Part shown: positions 63,575 to 64,000 of the stretch, piece by piece
How the letters are laid out: each line of letters begins with the position of its first letter
Position numbering within the stretch: the stretch's first letter is position 1
NCBI RefSeq assembly: GCF_006345805.1
Contig: NC_043003.1
Coordinates: 124,001-188,000, forward strand
Direction of reading: 5' to 3'
Length of the DNA stretch: 64,000 nt
From: Octopus sinensis
Lineage: Eukaryota
Notes under the pieces: generated by a model
Told to the model about the DNA's origin: nothing
The model's database searches: none
What the model saw: only the letters and a program-made list of their open reading frames with translations
Translations under genes and position numbers: made by a program

Positions 63575-64000
63575 TATATATATATATATATATATACAAA
63601 ATTTAGAGGAATGACCACTAAAGTGGATAGCTTATATGCTAAACATAGACATCAAATCGCCATTACTATGAAGAATGTGTTCTCAAGAAAAATCTCAGCA
63701 AAAAAACAAAAAACAAAATGTAAAAATAAGCAAGGCAAATGAAAATATACGAAATAAAAATGATTACCTATGTACCATTGGTTTCACTTGTTAATATTTA
63801 CGTATATGGACACGCAAATATCTGCAAGATCACCAGCATAGTCTGTCGTTTACAAAACACAATTTCCAGAACTAGATACAGAACTCTCAATCGAAATCGA
63901 GTATGTATAAAGTTCTACAAATTATATTTAGGTGTATCTTTCAAATGCCTTCACTTTGGCGTGCTGAGATCGGAAACTACTCCGCAGTTAATAAACTACA

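Overview
This is repeat-saturated eukaryotic DNA with abundant (TA)n, (CA)n, (TATC)n and (CCTA)n tracts. The SINE/LINE repertoire looks like an Octopus (coleoid cephalopod) genome; that is inferred, not proven. The only host gene I can support is a FANCE (Fanconi anaemia group E) orthologue on the minus strand. It has six phase-consistent GT-AG coding exons plus one tentative micro-exon, running from ATG 15067 to 1489, and its 3' exons lie outside the window. The rest is mobile DNA: a nearly intact CR1-group LINE, Tx1/L1-clade LINEs inside (TATC)n, R4/Dong-clade RLE LINEs, RTE fragments, a Tigger/pogo transposase relic, a non-autonomous Helitron, a Penelope-like GIY-YIG fragment and several SINE families. 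The most striking signal lies between about 39.6 and 63.6 kb. At least five sequence-unrelated short elements, all embedded in (TA)n tracts, each fold by eye into a type I hammerhead ribozyme (stem I, CUGANGA, stem II, GAAA, stem III, NUH). Three are fold-back structures, and one retains the start of a Penelope-like ORF. This suggests a community of hammerhead-bearing, Penelope-derived non-autonomous retroelements (retrozyme-like) that target microsatellites. All folds and alignments were done manually. Repeat boundaries are approximate, and some indels may be assembly errors.
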